Assembly (NCBI GenBank): GCA_051530055.1
Contig: CM121343.1
Coordinates: 6,356,389 to 6,420,388, forward strand
Direction: 5' to 3'
Length of the DNA: 64,000 nt
Source of the DNA: Neoechinorhynchus agilis
Taxonomy: Eukaryota > Animalia > Acanthocephala
The notes under the pieces were generated by a model. It was not told where the DNA came from. It saw nothing but the letters and a program-made list of their open reading frames with translations, and searched no databases. Numbering within the stretch: the stretch's first letter is position 1; each line of letters opens with the position of its first letter. A program made the translations under genes and the position numbers. Positions 39,124 through 52,467 of this stretch are shown here, piece by piece.

Positions 39124-40399
39124 CTAAACAGTGAAAAGTGATTTATAAATCGAGTGTAAAGCAAAAAGGAGGATCTTTAAGATATGAAGGATACGAGATG
39201 ATTCAACGATTCAGATATGGTGTCCGGATCGAGTGTGTGAGCCGTATTTATACTCACGTGAACGTAAACATCTACCAAGATTCTATTGGTCGTTTTACGT
39301 TAGGTATTTGTTTTGAACGCCGTTCTCGCATGTTCCCGTCATCTTTTTTTATTTTGAATTCTAAATATTTTCCAGTACGATTTAGACTTTTCATCGTTTG
39401 AGTTCAGAACATTCAAATCTCGTTGCTGAACGCTTTGTTTCATTGTGCAACCAATCAGTGAACTTTGACTTTAAGCGCATGATTCCGTTGTCCAATAAAT
39501 TGATTTCTGATCCCCTGAAGTATCTGCCAGTTTTTAATACGAAGCTTTTCTGAGAAATTTCTTAAATCGAATAAAATTAAACTTGCAGATAAATTAATTT
39601 CGACGCCAATATTGAATTCTCAATTATTGAATTGTTTTCTAAGTGAAAATCCTTTAATTTACCAATTGAATAATTCAGAAAGTTTGTGCAAAACACGCTA
39701 AAAAGTTTGTTCACATTCTGACAGTGCTGGTAACCCCAAGGATACCAAAAACGTTCAAATAAATTAGCAAAAATGTTTTTCTATTTTGAAGATGACTACC
39801 TTTTAATACTTGAATGCCTTTATTTTTATTTCCTTGTTGCTTTGTTGAGGACTGTGGCGTTAAATCTATTGGAACGAAATTACCAATCGCTGATAATATT
39901 GCTGTTTATTAAGACGAATATTTCTTAATTTTTATGCATGATGTTGTATGCAAGGCTTAACATTGTCCGTAGTAGTCTACTTAGCGAAAATTTTCGCTGG
40001 TTCAACTCAAGTCGAAACATGAGGTTGGCTCTGATATATTTGTAATAACTCCTGTATATCGCTAAAATAATGTTTCGTTTTAAGACTTCCTGTTCTTTTT
40101 AATGTGAAAATAAACCTCTCCGCTTAGCCATTTGTGCGCGGGTGATAAGGACTGGATTTAATATGTTTTATTTGATGATTTCTGCAAAATTTTCGAAATT
40201 CGCTTCATGCAAACTGGGGCCCATTATCGGAGACGACCGAACATATAACTCCAAACTTTGCAAAACACTCCCCGAGTTTCTCTATAACGCTCCTTATTCA
40301 ACGCTAGTTTGCAAGATCTCATATTTCTCTGCTCTAATTCGTATGCTCACTGCATGCAATCGTTCCATTACGCAATATAAATTTTTAACATGCTCTTAA

Positions 40400-41140
40400 T
40401 CATCCTTTCCCGTAATGATTATATCGCCAATGCATGCCGTCACATTGGGAATATCCTCGATCACTCCGTGAATGAATTTCTGGAACAGTTTTCCGAGCAT
40501 TCCGCATTCCGAATGGCATTCTCGTATACCAATATAATCCATACGGTGTTATTACTGTTATTAGGTGTCTTGCCTCGGACTCGATTTCCAACTTATGGTA
40601 GGCTTCGGTCAACGCTTTCCCTCTGCAATTTTAATAGAGATTTCGTCAAATGTTGGTACTTGATAGACTTCGTCTTGCAAATAATTATTGATCGATACTC
40701 GGAAATCTCCACATATCCAGACTTGCCCATTCTTCTTTCTAACAACCACAATGGGACGAATTCATTCAGTTTTTTACTATCATATTCTACCCTTTTCATT
40801 GATCGATTTCTATTTTAAGCGGTAATCTGACTGGTATCGCATCTCTACTCAGCTTCAAGTCCACTTCGATATCTTTTACTGTCGAATTATTCTTTTCAAA
40901 TACCTGGGGATATTTCTGCCTCACTTGATCTATCGAGACTACCAAACCAACCGCATTGATTTGCTTGATGTGCACTTCCTCCGGCACATTCCGAATTCTT
41001 GGCACCATGAATGTCCGAAGAAACTATTGCCGCCTTTATACACAACATGAGCACTCAGCCTTCTTCGTTTGTTCTTCAGCTCAACCATTATCTCACATAA
41101 ACCCAGGCTGTCGATTTCATATCTTACAAATGACATCAAT
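40400..41140 (-). mobile_element. Decayed Ty3/Gypsy pol (protease-RT)
   Basis: MTEAYHKLEIESEARHLITVITPYGLYWYTRMPFG; QKYPQVFE; VVYKGGNSFFGHSW. Confidence 0.8.
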
Positions 41141-41149
41141 AATTCACAA

Positions 41150-41420
41150 TTGCTGGCGTCGATCGCCCTCCTGCCTCAACTTCATTCTATGATGATAAAG
41201 CTCATAAACTCCACAAATTCGCACCATTTCTAAATTGCAGGGGACTTCAATAAGCTATTTCCTCTTTCGCCCTTCTCCGAGTTGCACCAACTTATTGACC
41301 TCCAAACTCGCCTTGACGCTCATCTCGACAAAGTGTTCACAAATATCGACGCCTACTCATCCGCCTCTAAACTCCCTCCCCTCGCGAACTCTGACCAATC
41401 TTCTGTCCTTATCACTCCCT
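41150..41420 (+). mobile_element. LINE AP-endonuclease fragment
   Basis: AGVDRPP, IAGDFN and LDKVFTN...PPLANSD motifs, interrupted by stops. Confidence 0.6.
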
Positions 41421-41689
41421 TCACCCGCCTCACCGTATAAAATCTCTCCATTTACCCGTCCGGGATAAACGTGATCATCACATCCAAAATCTTATAAAAT
41501 TGTTCAACTCTAACATCCGCACATTTCACTCTGGCAACACAAATGACCTTTCCTTGGCCATGTCCTCCCTAACCTCAATCAGGCAATATCCAAGAAATTC
41601 ATTAGAGTATCCAACTGTGGCCCATCATGGATAACCCCATCTTGAAACTCCTTCAAAATCAAGAATCTAAGGCTACCGGGTGTGAAATT

Positions 41690-42525
41690 CTGGCAGAGAT
41701 ATCTTAATCGACAAGTCCACATGCTGAATTCCAAGCGCAGCAACATCCAATGGACAGTAGACTCGGAGAATCATAATGCGATCTCTTTTTTGGACGTTTC
41801 GATAGCGCGAAAAGGAGCTGAGTTTTAGACTGGTGTATACAGGAAGATTGGTATACCGACTGACATTGTCCCAATTAAATATAAAATAGATAGGATTAAG
41901 TCGTTATTTGATCGGGCCTACAACTATTGCTCAAACCAAGACTACTCAGCGAGGAACTTGAATTTCTGTGGAGCATACTAAAAAGAAAGGGCTATCCAAT
42001 CTACATGATAAGAAGACCTTGTTGCAGAATGTGCTAGAAGTCAAAACTAAAAGCATTCATAGGTGCATCATTCGTCGACGAGGAGTTCATCGCTACAATT
42101 AGCAGCAACTAAGTTCCATGGTGAAGAAACGTGTGAAGAACATCAAGGAAAAGGAGTAGTGTACAAAATTCCTTGCACCGAATGTGAAAAGTCGTTTGTG
42201 GGCCAAACCAACAATTTTGAAAAAAGAACCAATGGACACAAATATGCTCTGAGGAGAGGTACCGATGCCAGTTCCCCAATACTCAACCATTTTGCACAAC
42301 AAGGCCACTTAATGGACATTGGCAACGCTACCATTTTGGTACACGGTGAAACAAAATGGGACCGTGTAATTTTGGAGGCAATATTCATCCGCCAAGTGAA
42401 AACGGTTGAAATGAATAAGACGGACTTTAGGCTCAATCTTAGGACATTGAATATTGATCTATTCCCCACGTAATTTGTAGACCTTGATAAACGCGTACAA
42501 GATAGTGCCTCGGAAATATCGGATT
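41690..42525 (+). mobile_element. Penelope-like element 3' half (RT thumb + GIY-YIG)
   Basis: ISFLDVSI, GVYRK, SLFDRAYNYCS, GYP; GVVYKIPCTECEKSFVGQT...R..GH...HF...GH...ILEAIFI. Confidence 0.85.
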
Positions 42526-43836
42526 TTAAAAATCATTTTAATTTCTACGCCAGAAAACAACCTATATGAATAATTCAACCTTCAAACAATGACAACGTTG
42601 ACATGTCCTAAGCTATTGTTATTTTTTCATTATTTTGAAAGCCTCAGCACCAATCCACACCAATATACTCGATACTTTAGTTTTATCATCGTCAATCCCA
42701 TTGGATTTTAATTACACCTCCACCTCTTAAACATAATTCCACCATTCAAGGTCGTCTTTCTGAAAATAATGGAATACCGGAATGGATCTTACACTGTTGC
42801 TTTCCTTCTCCTTGGCCAGTATTTTTTAAATCTCACACGTGGCTTCATTCTGTTGCTTTTATTGTACCATAATCGCTTTAAAAAGATCCTTTAATTCCAT
42901 CTCACATTCGGATGAAGGCATAACTGATAATGATTAAGTACTTCACATCCGAAAAACCGTCAACTAGAAGGTTATTGATTTTAAGTTCGTGATTGTGCCT
43001 AAATGCCATACGAACTTTCTATTGAATGCTTTCACCATTAATTTCTGGGTGTTTGTATCATTAGATTTCATGACTGCAATGGAAATGTAAGCGATATGCC
43101 CGATATAGAATTATATAATCAATGCGTTCAGAATAATACATTATTTGTAAACATAGACAATTACTCACATTCCATAGCTAAAGAAATCGCAATCTGAAAC
43201 AATCATTAGAAAATATAGCGTTTGAATATCAATTTAAGGATCTAAGCATTCGTTTGACACAATGATACACAAAATTCTTTAACTTAAACGAGTTCACAAG
43301 CTTTAAATATTCGTATTGCGTTCAAATATCATTCACGTTGCGCTCAACAAATGTAGTTTAAATGTTTTCAAAATATTCAGGAAATATTTGCTAAGAATAG
43401 CTCTTTTAATGACCTCGTTGAATAATAAAAATTCGATATTTCATAGCCGACTTTATCAATTATTTCGGTGCAGTAAAAAATTATCTATTTCATCATGATA
43501 AACTTAGCTATGAACAAGAAGAAATTGAATCAACATGGATGTTTAATCATCAGGTAGAGCAGACGGTCCTTTGGGTGTGGTTGGCGGTTTACGCTTATGG
43601 ACCCTTGGTTCGACTATCAATGAAACATTGTTTAAGTAGATGTAAATTTAAGGCTGCATACTCAGAATTAAATATGTAGCGACATCCAATTCAAACGGAT
43701 CCTTGACAATCGATAAGGCCGATTTGTTACGCAATTCATGGGCCCTCGAAATCACTTCTTGCTTATGTTGCAAATAAGCAACACTTTGCGTTCTTATTTC
43801 ATCCCACATTTCAGAACACTTGACGCCCTCATCCTC

Positions 43837-44840
43837 TGTGACACTTTTCGGTTTATTGATTTCACCTCCAACGGTGCAAACAGTAACATTTCCAGCCGTT
43901 CTCAGTATCTCGTTTTGAGAGTACTACAAAAAATTGGCGAATAAATGAAATAAAGGATGAACTTTTCCAGAAAAAACGGTACCTCGAATTACCAATTTTT
44001 AAATTTGTGACACTTTTCGGTTTATTAATTTCACCTCCAACGGTGCAAAAAGTAACATTTCCAGCCGTTCTTAGTATCTCGTTTTGAGAGTACTACAAAA
44101 AATTGATGAATAAATGAAATAAAGGATGAACTTTTCCGGAAAAAACGGTACCTCGAATTACCAATTTTTAAATTTGTGACACTTTTCGGTTTATTAATTT
44201 CACCTCCAACGGTGCAAAAAGTAACATTTCCAGCCGTTCTTAGTATCTCGTTTTGAGAGTACTACAAAAAATTGATGAATAATTGAAATAAAGGATGAAC
44301 TTTTCAGGAAAAAACGGTACCTCGAATTACCAATTTTTAAATTTGTGACACTTTTCGGTTTATTAATTTCACCTCCAACGGTGCAAAAAGTAACATTTCC
44401 AGCCGTTCTCACTATCTCGTTTTGAGAGTACTACAAAAAATTGGCGAATAAATGAAATAAAGGATGAACTTTTCCAGAAAAAACGGTACCTCGAATTACC
44501 AATTTTTAAATTTGTGACACTTTTCGGTTTATTAATTTCACCTCCAACGGTGCAAAAAGTAACATTTCCAGCCGTTCTCACTATCTCGTTTTGAGAGTAC
44601 TACAAAAAATTGGCGAATAAATGAAATAAAGGATGAACTTTTCCAGAAAAAACGGTACCTCGAATTACCAATTTTTAAATTTGTGACACTTTTCGGTTTA
44701 TTAATTTCACCGCCAACGGTGCAAAAAGTAACATTTCCAGCCGTTCTCACTATCTCGTTTTGAGAGTACTACAAAAAATTGGCGAATAAATGAATGGATG
44801 AACTTTTGAGGGAAAAACGGTACCTCGAATGTAATTTTTA
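43837..44840. repeat. Tandem repeat, 169-bp unit x~6
   Basis: tgtgacacttttcggtttatt starts at 43837, 44006, 44175, 44344, 44513 and 44682. Confidence 0.97.
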
Positions 44841-46149
44841 AATTAGAGATGCTGCCGTTGTTCTAAATTTTTCTACTATGGAATAAGTTTGAATAGTATT
44901 AAGAAATCTGGATGTCGATTATGCAATTTTTTTAAGATAACACAAGGAAAAATGCAATAAAACGTGGAATCCCAAAAGATTCATAAAAGTTGAAGTTCAA
45001 GGCATTAATTTTCGTATTAGATCTTCTGAATAAAACAATTAATTACCATTACTATGTGACCTGAAAATTCAAAAGCACTGTTGCGCAAAAGTTCATTAAA
45101 AATGAACTGTGCTTGTGCATCTTTTTGAGCAATCATTGAATCGTAAAGATCTTCAATTTCGTCCCAATCAGCCAGCATAACCTTCATCTATTTATATCGT
45201 TTTTAATTAACAAAAAAAACAAGATACAAACCTTAACTTTTGGGAAACGTTGTTCAAACATAAACAAACCGTACAAAATGTACATAGCTCCAATTCTCCA
45301 CATATATGGAAATTTGCGATACATGTGCTCTCTTAAGACATAAAAAGCATCCACCAGAAACTATTTGAAGGGTAGAGAAAATCCTTCGGTGTGATAGAAT
45401 TAGAAATGTGGTGTAATCCCGGGGATTTTCAGGTGGAGGAAATCTCAATAAAATACATTTTCTATCCGGGATTAATTCTAATTTAAAAACTTACAATTCT
45501 ATAGGCAGTAGTAGCAAATTTCCGAACTCTAAAAATAAATATGAAACAAAATGCTTGTCAGTTGAATGCCTTACACAAATAATGAAGAATATCCTAAGCG
45601 GTTCCAAGTTGCTACGAAACGTTCATATGTCTGATCGCTGCGACGTTCATCGGTCAGTACGGAGCAGTATTCTCTGAGAAGGTTACAAACGTCCTCGCTG
45701 ACCATAACGTTAAAGGTAATGGGATTATCAGAAGGCATCGGAAGTGAAAGTTGTGAGAAAGTTTATTTAGGAAAAACAATAAATTAACTAACACACAATT
45801 TGTGATTTAGGCAAAAACTTGCGAAATGCCTCAATTTTCAGGCTTCGAATTGACAGTTTAAAAATAGCCAATTTTAAACCTTCCAATGTCCAGCGATTTA
45901 GAACCTAAAAGTTAATCTTTTATCGCTATTCGTTGATCTAAGAAATTCCGCATAAATAATGAACAGTTGCAAGGAACTTAAAATCGAACAATTTACTAAA
46001 GCGGAAAGTTGGTAAACCTAAACAATTCCACTAAAAAAGAATGTATTTAAAAATCCCAACAAAGAATCGGGCTAAATATCTCTCGCGCAAAGATAACAGC
46101 CTCTTAAGCACAATACCGCTAAGATTCTTTCTGATTTAGCCAATAACAC

Positions 46150-48670
46150 AATTCGTAAAGTATCGACACTACGCAACGGAATTTGTTGTTTTAGCCTTCG
46201 ACCTGCCGAGAACAAACGTTTCGAAACTCGTCGGACACCAAAACAACAAATTTAATCTATTATCCCAATTCGTAAAGTATCACCTAACCCTGCCGAGAAC
46301 GCTTTATTTGAGACGTTTCGAAACTCGTCGGACACCAAAACAACAAATTTAATCTATTATCCCAATTCGTAAAGTATCGACACTACGCAACGGAATTTGT
46401 TGTTTTAGTCTTCGATCGGCAGAGAACGTTTCGAAGCTCGTCGGACACCAAAACAACAAATTTAATCTATTATCCCAATTCGTAAAGTATCGACACTCTA
46501 CGCAACAAAATTTGTTGTTTTAGTCTTCGATCGGCAGAGAACGTTTCGAAGCTCGTCGGGTAACAAAACAACAAATTTAATCTATTATCCCAATTCGTAA
46601 AGTATCGACACTCTACGCAACAGAATTTGTTGTTTTAGTCTTCGATCGGCAGAGAACGTTTCGAAGCTCGTCGGACACCAAAACAACAAATTTAATCTAT
46701 TATCCCAATTCGTAAAGTATCGACACTACGCAACAGAATTTGTTGTTTTAGTCTTCGATCGGCAGAGAACGTTTTTAGACGTTTCGAAGCTCGTCGGACA
46801 CCAAAACAACAAATTTAATCTATTATCCCAATTCGTAAAGTATCGACACTACGCAACGGAATTTGTTGTTTTAGTCTTCGATCGGCAGAGAACGTTTCGA
46901 AGCTCGTCGGACACCAAAACAACAAATTTAATCTATTATCCCAATTCGTAAAGTATCGACACTACGCAACAGAATTTGTTGTTTTAGTCTTCGATCGGCA
47001 GAGAACGTTTCGAAGCTCGTCGGACACCAAAACAACAAATTTAATCTATTATCCCAATTCGTAAAGTATCGACACTACGCAACAGAATTTGTTGTTTTAG
47101 TCTTCGACGGCAGAGAACGTTTCGAAGCTCGTCGGACACCAAAACAACAAATTTAATCTATTATCCCAATTCGTAAAGTATCGACACTATGCAACAGAAT
47201 TTGTTGTTTTAGTCTTCGATCGGCAGAGAACGTTTCGAAGCTCGTCGGACACCAAAACAACAAATTTAATCTATTATCCCAATTCGTAAAGTATCGACAC
47301 TACGCAACAGAATTTGTTGTTTTAGTCTTCGATCGGCAGAGAACGTTTCGAAGCTCGTCGGACACCAAAACAACAAATTTAATCTATTATCCCAATTCGT
47401 AAAGTATCGACACTACGCAACGGAATTTGTTGTTTTAGTCTTCGATCGGCAGAGAACGTTTCGAAGCTCGTCGGACACCAAAACAACAATTTTAATCTAT
47501 TATCCCAATTCGTAAAGTATCGATACTTTACGCTACAGAATTGGTTGTTTTAGTCTCCGCCCGGCAGAGAGCGTTTTATTTAAGACGTTTCGAAACTCGT
47601 CGGACACCAAAACAACAAATTTAATCTATTATCCCAATTCGTAAAGTATCGACACTACGCAACGGAATTTGTTGTTTTAGTCTTCGATCGGCAGAGAACG
47701 TTTCGAAGCTCGTCGGACACCAAAACAACAAATTTAATCTATTTTCCGAATTCGTAAAGTATCGACACTCTACGCAACGGAATTTATTGTTTTAGTCTCC
47801 GCCCGGCAGCGAACGTTTTATTTAAGACGTTTCGATGCTCGTCGGACACCAAAACAACAAATTTAATCGTAAATCCCGATTTGTAAAGTATCGACACTTT
47901 ACGCAACAGAATTTGTTGTTTTAGTCTCCGCCCGGCAGAGAACGTTTTATTTAAGACGTTTCGATACTCGTCGGACACCAAAACAACAAATTTAATCGTA
48001 AATCCCAATTCGTAAAATATCGACACTCTACGCAACGGAATTTGTTGTTTTAGTCGTCGACCTGCAGAGAACGTTTTTTAAAGACGTTTCGAAACTCGTC
48101 GGACACCAAAACAACAAATTTAATCTATTTTCCGAATTCGTAAAGTATCGACACTCTATGCAACGGAATTTATTGTTTTAGTCTCCGCCCGGCAGCGAAC
48201 GTTTTATTTAAGACGTTTCGATGCTCGTCGGACACCAAAACAACAAATTTAATCGTAAATCCCGATTTGTAAAGTATCGACACTTTACGCAACAGAATTT
48301 GTTGTTTTAGTCTCCGCCCGGCAGAGAACGTTTTATTTAAGACGTTTCGATACTCGTCGGACACCAAAACAACAAATTTAATCGTAAATCCCAATTCGTA
48401 AAATATCGACACTCTACGCAACGGAATTTGTTGTTTTAGTCGTCGACCTGCAGAGAACGTTTTTTAAAGACGTTTCGAAACTCGTCGGACACCAAAACAA
48501 CAAATTTAATCTATTATCCCAATTCGTAAAGTATTTTAACTCTACACAACAGAATTTGTTGTTTTAGTCTTCGACGCGCAGAGAACGTTTTAATAAGGAC
48601 GTTTCGAAGCTCGTCGGACACCAAAACAACAAATTTAATCTATTATCCCAATTCGTAAAGTATCGACACT
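46150..48670. repeat. Minisatellite, 108-123 bp unit x~22, each unit a hairpin; 386-bp higher-order repeat at the right end
   Basis: Each unit has arms aatttgttgtttt...aaaacaacaaatt; identical ORFs at 47784 and 48170 give the 386-bp period. Confidence 0.97.
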
Positions 48671-48735
48671 CAAGCCCATTTTGACTTCGTAGCTCTAACA
48701 TCTCAATTGAACGATAATTGCGACTGATGAAATTT

Positions 48736-49679
48736 TCAAACATTTGAGATTCTTTGAAGTAGAGGAGATTCATCATTTTTGTTAACCTCTTGCTCACATC
48801 GTTCACGTAGTTCTAATTGTGCATCTTCATCGCTGTCGAATGCGGTCAATCGACTTTTAATAAGATTTTCTCCCATTTGCCTCTCGCTTAGCAGTTTTAC
48901 ATATCGTCCATGGAGATCACCTATAGAAACAGTCATCAGTTTAGATAATGCGCTGCCGCCGACAAGAATAAAACTCCATTCGATGACAAGCGCAATGTCG
49001 TGCATCCGTAGACGAATAACCCGGTCGCTATTAGGATTTGAATGCAATCATCCAAAACAATCATTTTAGTTCGCGCCGTACCATACAGCGATTGTGAGAT
49101 GGAACCGGTTACCGCCAAAAGAAGAATAGTGCAATCGAAGATCACTTGAGCACTGTAGGAACCGGATGCCGGTGTAAGATGGAAAAAGGAAAGTGAAACT
49201 TTAAAAAGTAAGCCAATGATGCCTAGCACAAGATGGAGTACAAGAACAAAAAGCATACTAGTTTGCAATTGAAAATTTCCTTCAACTGAGATATCATCTC
49301 TCCATGTTCCAGCGAGTATTTGACGCAAATTCAACGTAATGACCGCGATGAAAAAGTTCGAAAATATAGTACCTACGATACAAGAAGCCAAACGATCTCT
49401 TAGATGGAACATAGCAGGACTATTTGCTCTAGATTGCCACTTGACTGCAATCGAAGCGAGTGAGCTGAAGAAATTCGCAATAATATATACATTTCCAAAA
49501 TTACGTGATCGAATGTTCATCTTTTGCTCCATTGCTCCAAATCTGAGACATATCAAGCCCACGAAGATTCCAGTGAAAATGTTGATAAACAGAATGTACT
49601 GTCTAATCTGGACTCTCAGATGACTCTCGTCGCAGAGTGAACTAGCAGTAATTGAACGACGTCGCGATAATCTAATCAT
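48736..49679 (-). CDS. TMEM163-like / cation-diffusion-facilitator membrane protein; C-terminal tail in a second frame
   Basis: Six hydrophobic segments ending LDDCIQILIATGLFVYG, resembling TMEM163 LDGSIGVLIG...AYG. A hydrophilic tail ending ...ESPLLQRISNV* continues in another frame. Confidence 0.5.
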
Positions 49680-50228
49680 ACTTTTGCATAAAAGTTTAAA
49701 AAATCTACATGTGAAAAAAGAATGACTCGTTTGCGAGGATGACTAACGTTGTAGAAAAATTAACCGTTTTTAAGAGCTATAAAACAACAACGGTTTGAGG
49801 TTTTCTTAAGAAATAATATTCACATGCGACACTGCAAATTTAAAAAAATTCATCGTTTCATCGGGTATTTTGGATACATTCCGGGAAGCACTAAAATGAA
49901 AAACTCTAATTTTTAAATGGTTTCTGAGGTAAGGAAAAAGCGATGTAAAAAACAACTAATAAATTAGATCAAATTTCCTTCTAACGAAAACACGTTATTG
50001 AAAAAATTTGAGCTATCACGGTCTAGCAAAAGAGCTAATCTTATTACTTTGTAATCAACAATATGATTCGAATAGACAAAAGTTGATCCTAAGTTCATAA
50101 AAATCATAGATTATATTCTTGTCACAGCTCCGTAGTATATATTGGTATCGAGGTAATTGGCAAAATCGAATTTAATTTCGAATTTATTTGATAGGATCCA
50201 CACTCACTGAACTTTTTACAGTCCTGTC

Positions 50229-50447
50229 AATTTTATTAAGTATCAATATGCGGCCTTTTTCTACGGCTGATAATTTTACCTTGGGAGCACATCCCACCGA
50301 TCTGATTAAAGGAAGCGCATAAAATCACTTAATACCCTGCTGAACCATACGCTTATGAGTTTGTGCATTCCTCCGGATCCTCAGATACCTCCCGGGGAGG
50401 CGGGACTCATCAGTGAATTTCCTCCATTCAGCTAGGTATTTCGTCCA
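50229..50447 (-). ncRNA. 5'-truncated copy of the repeat carrying the permuted hammerhead core
   Basis: Minus strand: GGAC-GAA-ATACCT ... TTCA-CTGATGA-GTCC ... AGGTAT-C-TGAG, followed by the family body and AATAAAA. Confidence 0.75.
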
Positions 50448-50484
50448 CTAGGAAAAATTCAATATTTTGCAATTAAAAATCAAA

Positions 50485-50822
50485 ACTGGCAGAGTTTGTA
50501 CATTCCGCAAGTGTGTCGAGGTGGTCAAGTGGACTAATGCCCTTGATCCCAGTCTGATTCGAATCCGTTACCGCCAATGACTCACATCCAAAGGGACGAA
50601 ATACCTCGTTGAAGGAAGGAAACTCACTGATGAGTCCCGCCTTCTGGAGGTATCTGAGGACCCGAAGGAATGTACAAATTAAATAAGCGTATGGTTCAGC
50701 AGGGTATTAAGTGATTTTATGCGCTTCCCTGAACCGGATCGGTGGGCTGTGTGCCCAAGGTAAAATTATCAATCGTGACAAAGGTCACACATTGATACTT
50801 AATAAAAAAGTTACCGGCTGGC
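50485..50822 (+). ncRNA. tRNA-headed repeat (SINE/retrozyme-like) with a non-circularly permuted hammerhead ribozyme
   Basis: A-box-like GTGGTCAAGTGG at 50521 and B-box-like GATTCGAATCC at 50556. GGGAC-GAA-ATACCTC at 50593-50607, CTCA-CTGATGA-GTCCC at 50623-50638, GAGGTAT-C-TGAG at 50647-50658. A 14-bp closing helix joins 50493-50506 and 50667-50680. Confidence 0.78.
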
Positions 50823-50989
50823 CAGACTTCAAAAATAGTCCTATCAATGCTCAATTCAATATTAAAATAATCAAATCGGACGATTGTAGAGTTCAATGGA
50901 GACTTATATGCACGCTTGACCGTCAATACCATAGCTTGAAGCAAGTATTCAAATAAGAGCATTAATTACTGGGGTGGTAACAGGTTCCA

Positions 50990-52000
50990 TTTGAACAACA
51001 TTTGGACATAGATCAGCCGATCGTAAGAGAAGTCTGTGATCAAGAGAATTGCATTGCAAACGAAAAGGGAATCAGGTTGATATTCTCGAGTCAGTGCAGA
51101 TGATGTTCAGCATAAGTGGTGTCACGAGCAATCCCAGTGGACAACTATAAGTTTGGAAAAGAGCTTCTCTTATTTGAAAGGAATTTCATCTCTAGACTTA
51201 AGTCGTCTGGTGATAGGGCACACGCTCCGTGATGCAACGTGATTCCTGTGGAGGTAGGGTTTTAAGACGAGCAACCTCTAGTCGATACGTTGAGTTGGTC
51301 TGGTTGTCGCGAGAAACATTTTGTTGTTGATTCTGGGATCTGTTGAAGTTGTTGGTTCTTACTACTGTGTCGATTTCGAGAACGGAACTTGATGCTGCGT
51401 ACTGTGGGCAGCGATGGCTATGCTCCATGTTTGAGTGACGTTTCTGAACATATGAGATCGCATCTTTAAGTTGAATCCTGAACTGGTATGGACGAAAGGA
51501 ATCCAGTAGTTTAATTAAAAGAAAAGATTGTGATAGCTGTAATCGTTGTTGACACAATGTGAATTTACGCCGGTGCTCTGAATGTTAAGTTGAAGAAGCT
51601 CATTGAAGCGCGAGTTCACGGCAGATCGCATCCACGACCCCGGAGGGAAGCTTTATAGACCTGATGCCATCATAGCTTTTCCGAATCATCAAGGAAAATC
51701 ATTGCCAAGATGGGAGCAATACTGTTTCTCATTGACAGTCCGCGGATTTATCTATAAAATCGATCGCTTCATATCGAAAGAGGTTGCACTCTAAAAACAC
51801 TCAAGAGAGTCAACTTCTCGAGTGCTCGAACCGCTTCCTCATTGTCGACGTTCGTATAAAGCGAGACATAATCAAAGGACATTACCTGGCTACGACTTAA
51901 ATCATTGCATCGCGCATTCAGAGTAGCCCTTCGTTGTCTGAAACAGTCGCATCGTTTGTCCGATATGCACGTCTTCAAAAAAAATCAACTTAGAAGAGGT
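50990..52000. mobile_element. Mosaic of decayed retroelement fragments (Penelope-like RT on -, RLE-like on +)
   Basis: MSFDYVSLYTNVDNEEAVRAL (-, ~51830-51890); DPGGKLYRPDAII (+, ~51630-51680). Confidence 0.55.
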
Positions 52001-52467
52001 GGAAGGACACGGGGTGAGCGGAGATTTCAAGAAACTTGGAAAGGAAAAACAAAGACGAAAACCGACAATGCTGAAAAGAGCGATGTCTCAAGTGAGAGAA
52101 AAGTTCAAAGAAATGTTGTTGTTATAGCATACTTGATAAGATGTTCTTAAGATGAACTTTGAGGTGCTAGTGATTTAAGACTTACTAAGCCTCCTTTATT
52201 AACACAACATTTTTAAATTTGATTACTGCGAAAATATTCATTCAACCAATAAGAAACCGAAGTTGTCATTCGTCATGTTTTCTAATAATTGACTTTAAAC
52301 ATATCCGTCAACTTGATGTCGAGTTTTTTAGAAAGCAAGGTTGCATTCCCGTGTACATTTCAGCTCTTATTTTCGCATTCTAAGCCTTTTGACAAAAAAT
52401 TAATTGCTTAAACTTAAATTCTGTTAGTAGCTTTAATATCTATCAATAACATGTCCTTTTTTCAAAC

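Noticed and set aside
42478-42523. Minimal hammerhead after the Penelope-like ORF (CC-TTGATAA...GAAATATC-GG)
   Set aside because: Two core substitutions and no clear stem II; at most a dead relic.
43552-43618. tRNA-like sequence (GGTAGAGC...GGTTCGA)
   Set aside because: No acceptor or anticodon stems can be drawn; possibly a decayed SINE head, not a tRNA gene.
46150-48670. CRISPR-like appearance of a regularly spaced palindromic array
   Set aside because: The sequence between the palindromic arms is itself repeated, so there are no unique spacers; no cas genes; eukaryotic context.
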